Part shown: piece by piece, positions 11,927-25,233 of the stretch
How the letters are laid out: each line of letters starts with the position of its first letter
Numbering within the stretch: the stretch's first letter is position 1
Assembly: GCA_965178125.1 (NCBI GenBank)
Contig: OZ237746.1
Span: 1 to 64,000 of the forward strand
DNA length: 64,000 nt
Direction: 5' to 3'
Source: Bilabrum cf. latius
Taxonomy: Eukaryota
Made by a program: the position numbers and the translations under genes
Notes under the pieces: generated by a model
What the model was told of the DNA's origin: nothing
Database searches by the model: none
The model's input: the letters and a program-made list of their open reading frames with translations, nothing else

Positions 11927-13972
11927 TCAGTCTGCCTTCGCGGCAGGTCTCCTGCCAATTGCTGTTAGGCCAGGTTGTGCGACGGGACTCCCCGGCCCAG
12001 CCCCACTGCCAGCAGTGCTAGTGCTAGTGGAAGTCGAACCCCCTGGTCTCCCAGCTCCTACCCCGTTCATAGACGTCTATCCTCCCCAGCTCTGTTGCCC
12101 GTTTCCATTCGATGCACCCTGCGGGTGCGTGCCTGGAGTCCCTGCGTGCTACGGTGTTGGACTGCCCGCCGCTGCGCTGCCAGTGGTACTGACACCCACC
12201 CCTGCCAGTGGTGACCCTACAGCACTGCTCTACCCCGCTCCCTGGCCCAAACCGGATCCATGCCCGAAGCTGCCAGCTGGGGGGCGCCCACCGGCCGCGG
12301 CTGCTGGCTACGATTGTCTGGGACCCGGACCGGATGGCCTGGCCTGCTGTAGCCCTGTCGAAATCTTGCCTACCATACCAGAGAGCCCCTACGCAGCAGC
12401 TGCAGCCGCTCCTAGCGCAAACGCCCCGGCCCCCTTTCCCCTGCTACCTGGTTTCAGTCGCCTCCCCGCCTGTCCGACCGCGGCCCCGAACGCACCCAGC
12501 GCCCCCGCCGCTCCGCCCTTGCCCTTGACCCAGTTGGACAGCCCGAACACCCACGAGTCCAGCAGCCTTGCAACGGTGAACACGCCGCCCGCCACCGCAC
12601 ACAGCCCCACCAGCAGCTGCGCCAGCGGCTCCCTCCGCTCCTCCCGCCGCACCATGAACGGAGAAAAGTCGTATACGAAGAACACCCCCGGCAGCACCGC
12701 CTGCCGCACACCTTGCACGACCGCAGGCCTGAACTGCGTGGCCACGGAGAACTGGTTCGACTGCAGCGGCTCTCCGCCCAGTGGCTGGTAGAGAGTGGGC
12801 ACCAGCTTGATGTAGTACTGGTACACGCCGGCGCCCTCCTCCGGCAGCTGCACCACCTCCTCAAGGGGCGCGTGCATGCCTGGCAGGTCCTGCCCGAACC
12901 TGAGGTAGTGCACCGTGTGCGACACGTTGAATTTGGGTATGTCCTGCGGGTTGAACTGGTGGATGTGCCGCGAGTCCTGCACGTGGATCTCACCCAGCGC
13001 AGCGTTCAAGTTGCCTGCCACTTTGTTCACAAGCAAGTATCCCTGCAGGTTACAGCCCTCCCCTTCCTGGCTCTGCTCGGCCGGGTCTCGGCTCGAGGGC
13101 ACGTCCTTGCACTGGCTGGCGATCTTTGACACGGCCGCGGCATTCCATCCCTTGTCTACATAGGCGGCCTTGAGCTCTTCGCATGTGTTGCAGCACTTGC
13201 GAGACGCTGATTCCGCCCCGTAGCACGACTTGCAGTCACCTTCCTTGACGACCTTGAGCTCCTCGGCCTCCAGCGCGTCCTGCACCTCCCACGGCAAAAG
13301 ATGCGGAAAAGCAGGCGCCGCAGGGTGCAACGTGTTTTTACGCAGCCGTGTCTTGGTGATAACATGCTCATGTGTCTGCTACTGGTCCCCTGACACGTCC
13401 ATGGCATCCAAGTTGATCTCTGCGGTGGGAGGGCGAGCACATGGACGGGAGCAGCAATCGCCCACTCGTTAGCAGGACTGCCGCGTGGCAGTATCGGTAG
13501 CTCACTTTTGCAATTTAAGGCGTGGAATGATACATTAAAGTCTATCTTGAGCTTCTGGCCAAACGAGGGATCTACGACCATGTGGTCGTGAATTTCTATG
13601 GTCAAGTAGCGAGCTATCTCGGATAGAGTAAGGATTGCTACGACAGCCATCGACAATAAGCTCACTGCGAAATTTGAATGCACCTGAATAGTCCGTTGCA
13701 GCACAGTGTGGTGTTGAGGAAGACGCAGTTGGTGCCACGTGCATTCGAAGGCTGCCACCGCATCCTTCAAGTAGGCCCAGTAGCCAGTATTACCGCAGCA
13801 GTGCGAACTCACTGGCAGCACCCGATCTAGTCTATGTCCTCTCTACTTTCTTCAGTTTTGGAAACATGTCAACGCCCTTGAGCTACTGCACGATAGATGC
13901 CTGCTACGTTGGCCGAAGAGTGGTGGCTCCACCTGAGCTTCCAGCCTTGCGTCGCCTCATCCCAGAGCTCAT
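11927..13972 (-). CDS. ERGIC3: ER-Golgi intermediate compartment protein 3 (Erv46-like); introns approx. 13665-13812 and 13420-13505
   Basis: LKGVDMFPK, DAMDVSGDQ*Q, CKSCYGAE, CCNTCEE, EGCNLQGYLLVNKVAGN, PGVFFVYDFSP, CAVAGGVFTV. Multiple in-frame TAGs. Ends TGA. Confidence 0.92.
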
Positions 13973-14241
13973 AACGACCAATATCTGCGAGTGAGCTGCT
14001 CAGGAGTATACGAGGTGTAGGACAAAGAGCAGCAGCACACTATAACGCGGGTCTCGGAAATAAGTCTGTTTTGACTTGAAACAGCTCCTTACATTTCGAA
14101 CCCGAGAAGCCAGCGCTGTGCGTTAGTATAAAAGGCTACATTTAGTCTATCTGCTTCGTTCACGGCTCTTTTTGCATACCACAAGGCTGAATATTAGTAA
14201 ATATACACTTTGTTAGCATCTATGCAATGATAACTGCTGAC

Positions 14242-15534
14242 ATGAGCAGAAAACTTGCAGTTGCTGCGGTGTGCATGGTAGCTTTGGTTTCAGCTGTACA
14301 GTCGCCCCAATCAAGTTATTAGACTGGAACGCTTCCAAATGGGTTAACAATGAGAGTCCCAGTTGATATTCCCGAGGAGCTTGCGAGTTTCCGAAGGGAA
14401 TAGTATCCCGGGCAGTAGCAGCAGGAGGGGATGCGGTTTGCAAGGACCTAGCATGATCAGGGCGTCAGGTTGAGTCGGCCAGAAGGTTCCTCAGGGATTC
14501 CAATCTATGGACCTACCGGATCCGGTGTGTACGGCAGTCAGGCCCTGCCTCCAGGTGTCTTGCAGCCGCTCGGGGCTGGCGGGTACGACATGCACGCATA
14601 CCCGGGGCTAGCCGGCCCAGCAGTCGGGGGTCTGGGGGGACAATATGGTGGCTTGACGGCCAGCAATACGGCTGCATGGGCCCGTGGGATGGGGGCGCAG
14701 CACGTGCTATCTTAGTTGAGCCAGCAGGACCCCGGCTTGGCGTGGGTGCAGCAGCAGCACCTGGTGCAGAAGGCCCACGTCTCGCAGGAGATCATCGCGC
14801 TGCAGAGGGAGGGCCTTCTTAGGCAGAGGGACGTGGCTGTTGCACAAGCAGCCGTGCACCAGGCCCAGCGCGTCCTGCAGCACGCCCAGGCCCTCCAGCG
14901 CGCGGTGTCAGACCGAGTGGCTGCCCTCAACAAGCAGATGACTGCCCTCGACCTGGCCCAGCGCAGGGCGGCAGACCAAGCGCAGCTGAGGGCGCTTACT
15001 GCAGCGCTGGCGGAGGCCAAGGCGGCCAATGAGGCGGTATCCGGCGCTTAGGCGGGCCACGAGGACCTGATCGCCCAGCTGGAGGCCAAAGCCAAGGAGG
15101 CCCGGGAGCGGGTGAGCAAGGCATCGGGGGACATTGGGAAGCTGCTGGGGGGCAAGGGGGACGAAGGGGGGAAGCAATATGAAGGTGGGCAGGATGCAGG
15201 GGCCGGCAGCGAAGCGGGAGGGGAGGCAGAGGGCGAGGGCGCCACGCTGCTAGCAGTGCATTCAGGTGCGGGTAGCGGGACAGTGCAGGCAGCTGCAGCT
15301 GCAGCTGCAGCGGGCCAGTCTGCGACAGACAGCGTGCAACGCGTCGACTCCGGCGAAAGGCTAGGCAGGTCCAGCGGATAGAAATCATAGGAAACACCGG
15401 TGCATGCCGGGGCGGCGCTGGATGGCCACAGGGGGCGACTTGCGAAGGGTTCAGCAGAGAACAGCTAGGTTGAGGGGGAGAGCAGGAAAGCTTCTTTGGG
15501 GCTGCGTGGATCTGGTCACGGGCACGCTTCATGA
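14242..15534 (+). CDS. Hypothetical secreted Gln/Ala-rich coiled-coil protein
   Basis: Signal-like MSRKLAVAAVCMVALVSA. Three same-frame ORF fragments joined by TAGs, including CAG TAG CAG CAG at 14413. Ends TGA. Alternative in-frame ATG at 14227. Confidence 0.72.
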
Positions 15535-15617
15535 ATGCACCATTTGACGAAGACACTGTATGACTGAATATTGACATCATCCCGATGATTCTGGCAATTA
15601 CAAGCCGCATGCACGCC

Positions 15618-15977
15618 TCAGACTCTCGCCCGCTTGCTGGGCCCGCCCGCCCCTCGGCCCCGGTGCATGGCCAGCGCCTGCCCTGCCGCGCTCTCCCCCC
15701 TGCTCTGCCATTTGCGGCCCCCCATCACGGCCGCAGACGGTAGCTCACCTCGCCCCTGCATCCCCGTTCCTGCCCCCGCCCCCGATCCCGGGAGCGGAGA
15801 CCCGCCCCCGCTCAGCCCAGGCACCCTGCTCCCGTCCCACGCCTCCCGCATGGACACTGGCACTGCCTCGTCTAGCACTGCCAGTGCCCTGCATGTGAGC
15901 CTCAAGAGTGACACATCAATGGAGTCCGGCAATCGGAGGTGCAGCCACACGCGGAAGCTGGCTGCCTCGGACTGCTA

Positions 15978-16029
<52 letters not shown>

Positions 16030-18044
16030 GCGCTGGAACTGCTCGTGGTGCTACTTCCAAGCACAGGGCCAGCACTCGTCACAGCAATCCGCTCCAACAC
16101 AGCAACGCCAATACAGGGGCGGTGCCAGGCGGGCTGGCGGGGACTCGCGGCAGCAGCCCGTGCTACTGCAGGCGCGGGCCGGCTGTATGCAAGCCCCTCC
16201 GCCGCCCCTGCCGCCGCGTGGGCCAGGTCACGCCCATCCACCGGCCCCAGGCTCTCGGTGCGGCCGAATGCACCATCCCCTGCGGCCCCTACATCTGCAT
16301 CGGGAGCGCCCAGCAGAGCCACGAACCTACCGACGCAGGCCCTCCACGGGGCCAGCACGGCAGGCCCCCAGTAGGGCTCCCTGGGGGCCAGCAGGGAGAC
16401 ACCGCTGGCCGGCACTCTCACCTCGCGGCGGCCCCTGAGCAGACCCGCTGGGCTGCACGGACCCCTCCTTGGGTGCAGCAAGGCTCCGGGAGAGTGCCGG
16501 AAGCGCTGCAGTGGGGTGCACAAAGCATCGCCCATGGCTGCGTCACCTGCTAGTCGATCCGCACGCGGCCAAACGGCATCGTCCGGTCCCATCCCCGCAT
16601 GGGGGTCCATCCAAGGGGCCCTCGCTTTCGGCATTGAGTGCAGTAACAGCTGGATCCAGCGGACACTCCTTCCCACTGCAGCAGAGGGCCGCGTGAGTCC
16701 AGTGCCCTCGGGCTCATCCGGTTTTCTCGACGCAGCGGTGGTACCGGGACTCGGGCTGCTGCCGTACGTTAGCGCTGTGGAAGAACCGTCTGTGCCTTTG
16801 CTCCCCGAGTCTTCGTTCGTCTCTAGTCGAGCCGCCATTACAGCTGCCCTTACCTTTTTTACAGCTGCCTGCGCCGTTTCGAGGTCCAGATGCTCCCATG
16901 GCCCCCCTTTGTAGACCAGCGGCCCCCTGTCCGGCACACCGGGGGGAAGCACACGGAGCGGCCGCTTTGGAGCAGAGCTGCCGGATGCGCTGGCTGATGC
17001 CCCGTGGGCCCCCAGTGTCATCACACTCGTCACACCAAGCTCGGCACAAATGGCTCTCAGGGTCATCAGACCGGCCCCCTTGACCCAACCACAGGTATTC
17101 ACGACAAGCAGAGGACGAGGGGTCGGGGCCCTACTTGCGCTGCTTCCGGCCCGACCACAGCCGGCACCCTCTCCAGCGCTGGCCCATGCCGCTGCCTCCG
17201 TTTCTAGTAGGCGCCTCATGGCGCGACCTGCTGCCGCACAGCAAGCCACAAATCCGCGGGGGTCAGCCTCTGGAGACGTGGCCCCGTAGGCGAAGCAGAC
17301 GGACCCACGCGGGCTTGTCATGGGTCGGGCCCCGTCGCAGCACGCGGGCGGCTCGAGCAGCCAGGGGAGCTGGATACCGCCTGCAAGATGGGACGATGGG
17401 ACCCCTTCAGCATCGGGTGTGCCGCTTGTCATTGGCAGCCTCGCAGTTGTGGCCTCGGACCGGGCAACTGCGCCGCACACCAGCCCGGGCCCCCCCAGCA
17501 GGGACTGACCCACGTCGCAGTCCAGGAGGGCCAATGGGCGGGCCGGGCGAGCTGCGGGGCCCGGCACTGAACTTGCAGCAGCTACTGGCTGACTGCCTGA
17601 TCCAGCCGCATTCATCAGCAGCGTTGCCAGCGTGCTCTTGCCGGAGCCCTGGGGCCCGACTACAGCGACTACATCGACATCGCGTGCCGGACTGGTCGTG
17701 GGGCTACCACCAGAGCCCCACAAAACAGTTTCTAAACCCAAGCTCCACGAGGATGGCAGGACTATCGACTGTGTGGTCGATTTCCAGGCAGACAAGGTTT
17801 TCGGGCTGTATGATGAATGCTTCGGGACAGCAAACTTCGCGAACTGCAGCACTGCACCATCGCCCCCAGCAGATAGGACTGGCTTAAGCTGCCACAGAGG
17901 AACGTCAAACGCTACAGGTGCAGCCTGGAGCAACTGGAACGCATTCACCGATGCAGATCCGTCAACCAAAGTGACAAAGCCGTGCGGCACAGGCAGTGGT
18001 ATCGTCTCATGCGGGGCAAGTGTTACAGAATTTATATATGGCAT
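15618..18044 (-). CDS. NOL9: Polynucleotide 5'-hydroxyl kinase, NOL9/Grc3 (Clp1-family P-loop)
   Basis: VVGPQGSGKST, LLDCDVGQS..GPG, LVVNTCGWVKGAG. TAG at 15975 is read through into same-frame ORF 15618-15950. Ends TGA. Confidence 0.85.
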
Positions 18045-18202
18045 TGGACTTAAGGTTTAACGGGCACCATATTCAAATTTCCCGCTATCTGTGGCCGATA
18101 AATACCAGTTGCCTTTTCGTTCTTTCACCGGAACGTTCGACGGGGTTCTCTGGCGATTTGAAAAAATCCAGGAGTTTAGAATCCAGGCTATTCATACCTC
18201 CA

Positions 18203-19581
18203 ATGGCATCTTAGAGCGCAGCATCCAGACTTGCTGGTAGATAGGATGATGATGATCTTGATTACGAGCTTGGATTAGGAACGGCTTCACAGGTATCGGT
18301 GGCCTAGGGCGATGGCACGAAACAAAGCGGGTCGAAAAGCAGCACGAGTGCATCATCGTCTGCTGCCAGATCGAACCTGGAAGATATGCTTGAGGATGAA
18401 GATTTTGGAATTAATACGGGTGGTACTGCCGGGAGGTCCACGGACCCTGCTCGCGGGCACGTTTCGAAGAGCGATGACGATGTCCTCGACGACTTGTTGC
18501 GAGCAGCCGGGCGTGATGATGCCGTGGCTAGCAGCGCGATGCGTGGCGGTACAGAATCAAGTGATGGATCTAGCCTGGGCCGACTAGGGGACGGATCTTC
18601 TGCTGCCGAAGACAGCGTATCGCTGGACGGCAGCATGAGCATGGGGTTCTCAACCGATATGGACACGTCGGGGCTGGAAGGTGACGACGACATGCTGGGG
18701 GTGTCTCCTGCCATGGCTATCTGCGAGCCTGATCCTCGCGTCGAGGTACTGGAGCGAGCCATAGAGCGCGAAAAAGTGAGCAACGGCCGGTCCGCCAGTG
18801 CGCGACGGCGCCCGAGTTTGGATGCTTTATAGCACACCCTGCCACCATTGCGTCCATTCGCTGCAACTGCATCCAATTGTCCCCCCTTTGACTTTAATAC
18901 CACCGCATTCCCACCTCCCAACCCGTACCCTTCCCCTCCCCTCCCTCCCCTCCCTCCCTGGACTTCCTGCAGTCGTGCCCCGAAGTGCTCCCCTACGAGG
19001 ACGAGCTCATCGAGTCCCTGGGGAACAAGCTGGACAGGGAGGAGGCCTTCCTCTCATCCAGCGCATCGAGACACCTGGACCCCCTGTTGAGAGAGCTCAG
19101 GGAACACGACTCGCACAGGGGCAGGTATCAGCTTGCCACATATGCCAGGGTCAGGCTGTGCAAGCTGCGTGGACAGCTCTTCTACCTGGCCTCTCACGAG
19201 GACGTGTGCGAGGCTAGACTCAGCGGGGCAGAGCACAGGTTCGTCAAGGACGCCTACCTGGCGCTGTCCAAGCATCTCCGGGGTTCAGTGCTGCAGCACC
19301 TGAGGGGCCGGCTGTCCCAGGTCAAGGACCCGCGGCTGGCCAGGGGCCCGCGGGTGGACAGGTATGTGACCGTGCGGTGCGAGGAGTCGGTGGGGCCCGT
19401 TCCGCTAGATCCCGCGGGGGGTTCTGGCCCTGGATCCGCGGAGAGTGGCATGCCCAGGGTACTGTCCTCGCAGCAGGACGAGGAGGAAAAGGACGCCTCG
19501 TTCGACGAGGGGACCGTGTACATCGTCCGGTATGACAAGGTGCGGTCATTGATCCACTCGGGCAAGTTGTAGTTGATATAA
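18203..19581 (+). CDS. GINS4: GINS complex subunit SLD5; intron 18776-18972
   Basis: EK|SCPEVLPYE, YQLATYARVRLCKL, P.VDRYVTVRC, YIVRYDKVRSLIHSGKL*LI-TAA. Acidic N-terminal extension contains 3 TAGs. Confidence 0.9.
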
Positions 19582-19911
19582 ATAGAAGCAGACTGCTATG
19601 CTCTTACAGTCAGATTCTGTGCGAACAGGGCTGTGGTGTTGCTTTTTTGCGCCAAGCTGCTGTCGGTACCTTTGTAGGGTGGGGTTGGGATCAAAACGAG
19701 CGAAATCAGATTTATCGTTCAGCGCAAGACTCACCGACCAACCGGAATCAAGCCGTCGCGATTTAGGCACTGGCTGCCACTAATCGAAGTAAAAGTAGAA
19801 TCTTGCAGAACGGGGACCTCGCATACGCCGCATTTGTCGGATTGGAAGGTCCAGCAGTACCGAATCAAAGTCCGCGCTTGGCTCTGAGAGCAACTCGGTA
19901 CCATCAAAGCA

Positions 19912-21120
19912 ATGGAGTGGGCACCTCTAGATTTCTACAGGGCTTCATCCCTAACGCATGAGACGTAGCGGGCGAAAGAGCTCTACGAGGCAGCGCTCGC
20001 GCGCCGAGACGCTGCTCAAGTTGCGGCTCTGCGCGCTTCGATGGAGCAGCGCATCGATGAGCTGCAACAGTTTTTCGTCGCTCATTCGGACGACGAGAGA
20101 GCCCTTTTGTTTGAGACTCAGCGCCTGTCGTTAAGATCGCTGCTAACAAAGTTTGCATCTGGAACAGCGGCAGCTGGTGGGAAGGGTGGAGCTGCCGCGA
20201 GAGCTGGCGAATCTGGCGTTGCGGGAGGAGTGTCCTCGGCATTGACAGCGTCTGGGGTGGGCAGGGAGGCTGCAGGCAGCAGCCACAAAGCCCGTTTGGT
20301 AACGTCCGGCGGTAAGCGCATCACTGACGATGCTCGACTGACCGTGGAGGAGGCCAAGGAGTGGTTCGATTTCGCGGGGGCGCGACACATGCCTGGCTTA
20401 CGGGCCCGCGTGTTCGAGGAGGCAGCCGAGGACCTGGCCTCGCTGCAGCATGACGAGTGCGTTAGCGTGCGACTCATGCGCCGGTGGTTCTTCGCTCACT
20501 ACCGCAAGGGCAAGTGGCGCAAGAGGGGAGATGCGGCCCGCATCGCGGTGAGGGAGGCGGCCACACCGGGCAACCTGGCAAAGGCGGACGCAGACGGACG
20601 CACCCCGGCACCCGCCCCGATTTACTCGTGGGAGATGGGGGCAGCCACCGATGAGGCCATGATGGCAGCCTCGGTGCTGCTGCAGAAAGAAGGGGGGGGA
20701 GATGAGGACGTCCCCGGGGTGGGGGCGAGGAGGTCCGACGGGGGCCGGCTGGCCGTGTCGCCCTCGCACGCGGCGGCAGCAGCCACAGCGGTGGCACAGC
20801 TGCCCCCCGTGGGCATGCCCGCGCCCCGCATCGAGTTCCAGATCCGGCTGTCTCCCAAGGAGTTCGCGGCCCTGTGCCTGCGCAGGAGGAGCGCGGCCGC
20901 CGAGTCGAGGTACAAAAAGAGGGTGGCGGCGGCGGGGGAGCAGCGGCGGCAGGAGCGGGAGGAGATCGAGGAGCAGCTGGCCAAGGATGCGATTCGCATG
21001 AGCGGGCCTTACCTGGACCCGTCCACGATGGACAAGCACATCTACAGGTCGTCCAACCGGGAGATGTGGAGGACGAGGGACGGGTTCAACGTGTCCGCGG
21101 GCAAGCGGCGCAAGGGATGA
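19912..21120 (+). CDS. Hypothetical protein
   Basis: 359-aa ORF with GC3-rich codon bias, extended upstream through one TAG to ATG 19912. Ends TGA. Confidence 0.7.
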
Positions 21121-21364
21121 GCGATTGCCTGCCAGCATGCATATCTGCTGCATAAAGCCGCGAAAGAAGAGGCTAAGGCCTGTCGCGCGCGTGTGTTGTT
21201 CAGCGCGATGGGCGTGTGCATTGGCGCTGGAGCGGCGATTGGTCGCTCTTTGCCTCTGTGATGTGGTGATGCCAACAATTTTCGATTCGTATTCGCGTCG
21301 CATGGCGCATCCACTGCAGATAAAATTTATATGGGGAACGCAGAGCGACCGGCCATTATATTTC

Positions 21365-22714
21365 TCACCCCACCTGCACGGGCCAGACCCCCCTGATGGG
21401 GAAGTCGTTGCCCTTGGTGGCGGCCATGACTAGCTTCTCGTGGGCATGCGCCACCTTGCCCTTGACCAGCCTGCAGTAGATCAGGTTGGCCAGCACGCAC
21501 TCCACCTCCCCGATGGTCAGGTCCCTTCCCGCCCACTTGAAGGCGGCCTGCACTGCCTTGAGCGGCACCAGCCTCGCCTTTGCCTTTAGCTCGCCCGCCG
21601 CATAGGCACACCTCCTCACCAGGTTGCGCTGCACCAGCAGCAGGGCCCTCTCCACCAGCAAGTAGGTACCCAGCTTGAAGTGCTCTGCCTGGGTGGCCGA
21701 CAGCTCGGCCTCGAACCGCCCCAGGTGCCCCGCCCTGAAGGCCTCCAGCAGAGGACCGTACAGCGCGTCCAGCCCGTGCTCCCGCAGGAGGGCGCCAGAG
21801 GGGAGCATGCCCAGGTGCAGTCGCACGGGCACTAGCATGGTCAGGATCTTGCGGGCGTTCCCCGGGTGCCTGCCCCTGCACGCCTCCCAGGCCCTCGTCA
21901 GCGACTGGTTCGCCTGCTTGCAGTCCTCCTCCAGGGCCAGGCAGCTGCCGCGGAAGTAGTGAAACTCCGCCACGATGCCCGGGGCGAATTCCCGCTCGAT
22001 GTCGTACGGAAAACGAGTCTTACTCTCGAGCGGATCGAGCGCGCTGCGGCACTGTTTGAGCTACGAGAGCCTAAAGTAGGTGCGCAGCATGAGCACTGCC
22101 AGGTAGAATCCGGTGCGCTTCTTGCTGCGGTCCAAGTCTGCCATGCGGTGCATGATGCACGCCATGAAGGCGCGCCGCAACAAGGGAATGGTTGTTTCAA
22201 GCATTCGCTTGGATACCATAAAATCAAGGCGACGTTCTGGAGACTCGCCTGCCCCGCTCGAAGCACCAATGGCGGCCCTCCCTCGCTTGCGCTGCCTCGG
22301 AGGGAAGCCCTGCGCGATTCGAACGCAATCACGAGCCACCCCCGCAAGCACAGGTCCAAATGAATTGTCAGGAGCAGATTCAAAGGCTCCAAGGGTGGCC
22401 TCAAGGGCTACCTGGTGCCGACCAAATGCGGCTACCGCGTTGCCATCGCTATCGTGCTTGGCGGCTTCGGCAGCCATGCGGGCAACGTTTCGCCACGGAG
22501 GCTTCAGCTTCGAGCGAATTGCAGTGGCCATGCCCCCGCCAGCCATAGATGCAAGCTCGTGCAACGGCCGGCCGGCTGTGCTCCTAGCCGGTTCGAGCTC
22601 TAGGAGGCCCCGGAGACTGTCCCCATCCTCCGCTGCGATAGCCCTCTGCAGGCCCGAGAGCCACTCTTTAACATCTTCTGGTACGTTTGCTGCCGACCCT
22701 GATCGTTTCAGCAT
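21365..22714 (-). CDS. PCID2: PCI-domain protein PCID2/CSN12/Thp1-like
   Basis: SKKRTGFYLAVLMLRTYFRLS*LKQC, FHYFRG, NARKILTMLVPVRLHLGMLP, EVECVLANLIYCRLVKGKVAH. Two ORFs joined by TAG at 22061. Confidence 0.88.
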
Positions 22715-22822
22715 GCGCACACTGTGTTCCAGTCGAGTTTTGCTCGCCTGAAATCTTATCATCACACCCGCGAGCCTCCGGTCCAAGATGCTGCAGGCAT
22801 TTCTCCAGTTCTTGAAGAGAAA

Positions 22823-23833
22823 ATGGCAGGTGCTGCCGGGCCCTCAAGTAAAGCTGCATCTGTGGCGTCGGCCCCTAAGAGTTTCGCGGCACTGCTGCCT
22901 CCAACTTGGGAGAAGGACGTGGATCGGTGGTTGGCAGATGACGTGCCTGCTTTCGACGTCGGCGGCTTTGTTGTAGGCGATGCAGTGGTGAGCGCTCGAC
23001 TATTGGGTAAATCAGAAGGGGTCATTGCTGGCGTACCGTTCGTAGATGCGGTGTTTCGCCGCCTAGGCTGCGCGGTGAAGTGGCACGCCGAAGAGGGCGA
23101 TGAAGTGCGACCGGTTCACCACGTCGCGACCGTGACTGGACCGTGCCGCAAGGTTCTCCTTGGGGAGCGTACGGCGCTTAATATCCTGGCTAGGGCGTCC
23201 GGGCTTGCCACGCGCTGCGCGAAAGCGGCGCAGCTGAAGCGGGACAGGAAGTGGGCGGGTGAGGTGGTAGGCACCCGCAAGGTCACCCCCGGGTTCAGGC
23301 TGGTGGAGAAGTACGCCCTGCTGGTGGGAGGCTGCGGGACCCACCGCATGGATCTCTCGCACATGGTGATGCTGAAAGACAACCATGTCTGGGCCACGGG
23401 CTCCATCCGGGGGGCCGTGCAGGCTGCCAGGGCGGCGTGCGGGTTTGCCTCCAAGATCGAGGTGGAGTGCAGGTCGCTGGAGGAGGCCAGGGAGGCGTGC
23501 GAGGCGGGGTGTGACGTGTGCATGCTGGACAACTTCACCCCTGCCCAGCTGGAGGAACAGGCCCCCCTGCTCAAGAAGGAGTTCCCGCATGTGGTGGTGG
23601 AGGTCAGCGGGGGGCTCACGCCGGACAACGCGGGGCCCTACATGCTGCCCTGCGTTGACGTGGTGTCGATGGGGTGCCTCACGCAGGGGTACGGCGTGGT
23701 GGATTTCTCCCTCAAGGTGGACAGGGGCAGCGGGGCGGAGGCGGTGCAAGAGGCAGCGGCGAGGGCCGCGAGGCTGGGCGTGGAGGTGACGCAGGGGCTC
23801 AAGGAGGGGGCGGGAGCCACCAAGGAGACTTAA
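22823..23833 (+). CDS. QPRT: Quinolinate phosphoribosyltransferase (nicotinate-nucleotide pyrophosphorylase)
   Basis: LLGERTALN, GTRKVTPGFRLVEKYALLVGG, HRMDLSHMVMLKDNH, KIEVEC, MLDNF, EVSGG. No internal TAG. Ends TAA. Confidence 0.96.
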   Translation: MAGAAGPSSKAASVASAPKSFAALLPPTWEKDVDRWLADDVPAFDVGGFVVGDAVVSARLLGKSEGVIAGVPFVDAVFRRLGCAVKWHAEEGDEVRPVHHVATVTGPCRKVLLGERTALNILARASGLATRCAKAAQLKRDRKWAGEVVGTRKVTPGFRLVEKYALLVGGCGTHRMDLSHMVMLKDNHVWATGSIRGAVQAARAACGFASKIEVECRSLEEAREACEAGCDVCMLDNFTPAQLEEQAPLLKKEFPHVVVEVSGGLTPDNAGPYMLPCVDVVSMGCLTQGYGVVDFSLKVDRGSGAEAVQEAAARAARLGVEVTQGLKEGAGATKET

Positions 23834-23976
23834 TTGGGGCGCCATAGACGAATAGTATCTCGATTCGCACGCAATTCGCACTATTTCCTCGGCTCGGATC
23901 CACCTTGCCGGTGTGGATCCAACACTCGTCACACATTTTCTGGAAGGACGTCCGCGCCAACGGCATTTGTGCAGCA

Positions 23977-25233
23977 ATGCGAGGGGCTGTAGTTGCCTTG
24001 GCACTTGCAGTGGCGTGCCCAGTTGTTCTAGGTGGAGGTCCGCTAGAGTTGACGGATGAAACATTCTCCTAGGTATTGGATGCGGATTCCGGAAAGCAGT
24101 ATTTTATCAAGTTTTATGCCCCGTGGTTAGTGTGTCTGAAAGGAATCGTGTCGCGCGGCAGTACCCCTTGCAACTCTATTCATATGATAAATATCATTTT
24201 TTGATTGCGCAGGTGCGGTCACTGCAAGCGCGCGGAGCCCGAGGTGGAGAAACTCGCTGACCAGCTGGAATCAGACGACGCCAGCAACGTTGTGGTGGCC
24301 AGGCTCGACGCCAGCAAGTATTCCTCGGTCGCTCGCCGGTACGGTGTGCGCGGATTTCCTACGTTCAAGTTGTTCTCCGCCGCCGACGACAAGGTGGTGG
24401 ACTACAAGGGCGGCAGGACCGCCGATGCGTTTTCTAGCTGGATCGCAAGCACGGACGCAGCTGCGGAGGGAGCGAGCATCCCGAAGGGTGACGCCCCCAG
24501 CAAGCCCAAGTCTGCTTCCAAGGGAGCGTCCGGGGGCGGATCGTCCGGCAGCCGAGACGTGGTGACGCTGACGGACAGCAACTTCGAGCACGACACCCAG
24601 GCGGCTACCGGTGCCACCACAGGCACGTGGTTCGTGGCCTTTGTGGCTCCCTGGTGCGGGCACTGCAAGAACTTGCACCCCACGTGGGACAAGCTGGCGG
24701 GCGAGGTCAAGGGGGTGGTGAACGTGGCCCGCGTGGATGCCACTGCGCAGAAGCGCACAGCCCAGCGGTTCGGGGTGCGTGCCTTCCCCACCCTCAAGCT
24801 GCTGCACAAGGGGCGCGTGCACGACTACAGCGGGGCGCGGTCTCTGGAGGCCTTGAAGGAGTTCGCGCTGGGCGGCTTCAAGGAGGCAGGCGAGGGCTCG
24901 AAGGTGCCCCCCGCGCCGGTGACCGGGGCGCCCACCGGTGCGGCGCTGGCCGAGGCCCTCGGGCTGGAGGAGCTGGTGGGGGACCTGCAGGGGATCGCGA
25001 GGAACCACCTCGGGGGGGGGATCGTGCTGGCCTCGGCGGCTTTCACGGCAGGGCTACTGGTGATGCTGGCCATTGCCATCTGCACCATCCCGGCCCCTCA
25101 GGCACAGGTCCCGGTTCCATCGCCCGCGGAGAGGCCCCCAGCCAAGCACACCTTCCGGAGGGTGCCTGACGAGCAGGAGGACGGCCCTGCTGGTGCGAGC
25201 GAGGATGCAGACGCAAGCAAGAAAGACCAGTGA
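23977..25233 (+). CDS. Protein disulfide-isomerase family: two thioredoxin domains, signal peptide, C-terminal TM; intron 24126-24212
   Basis: Two APWCGHCK active sites (the first split by a GT-AG intron), TAG at 24070 (TFS*VL), TM helix and C-terminal KKDQ ER-retrieval motif. Ends TGA. Confidence 0.92.

Noticed and set aside
15979-16028. (CAG)n as a poly-Gln gene on the + strand
   Set aside because: It encodes poly-Ala within the minus-strand NOL9 frame.
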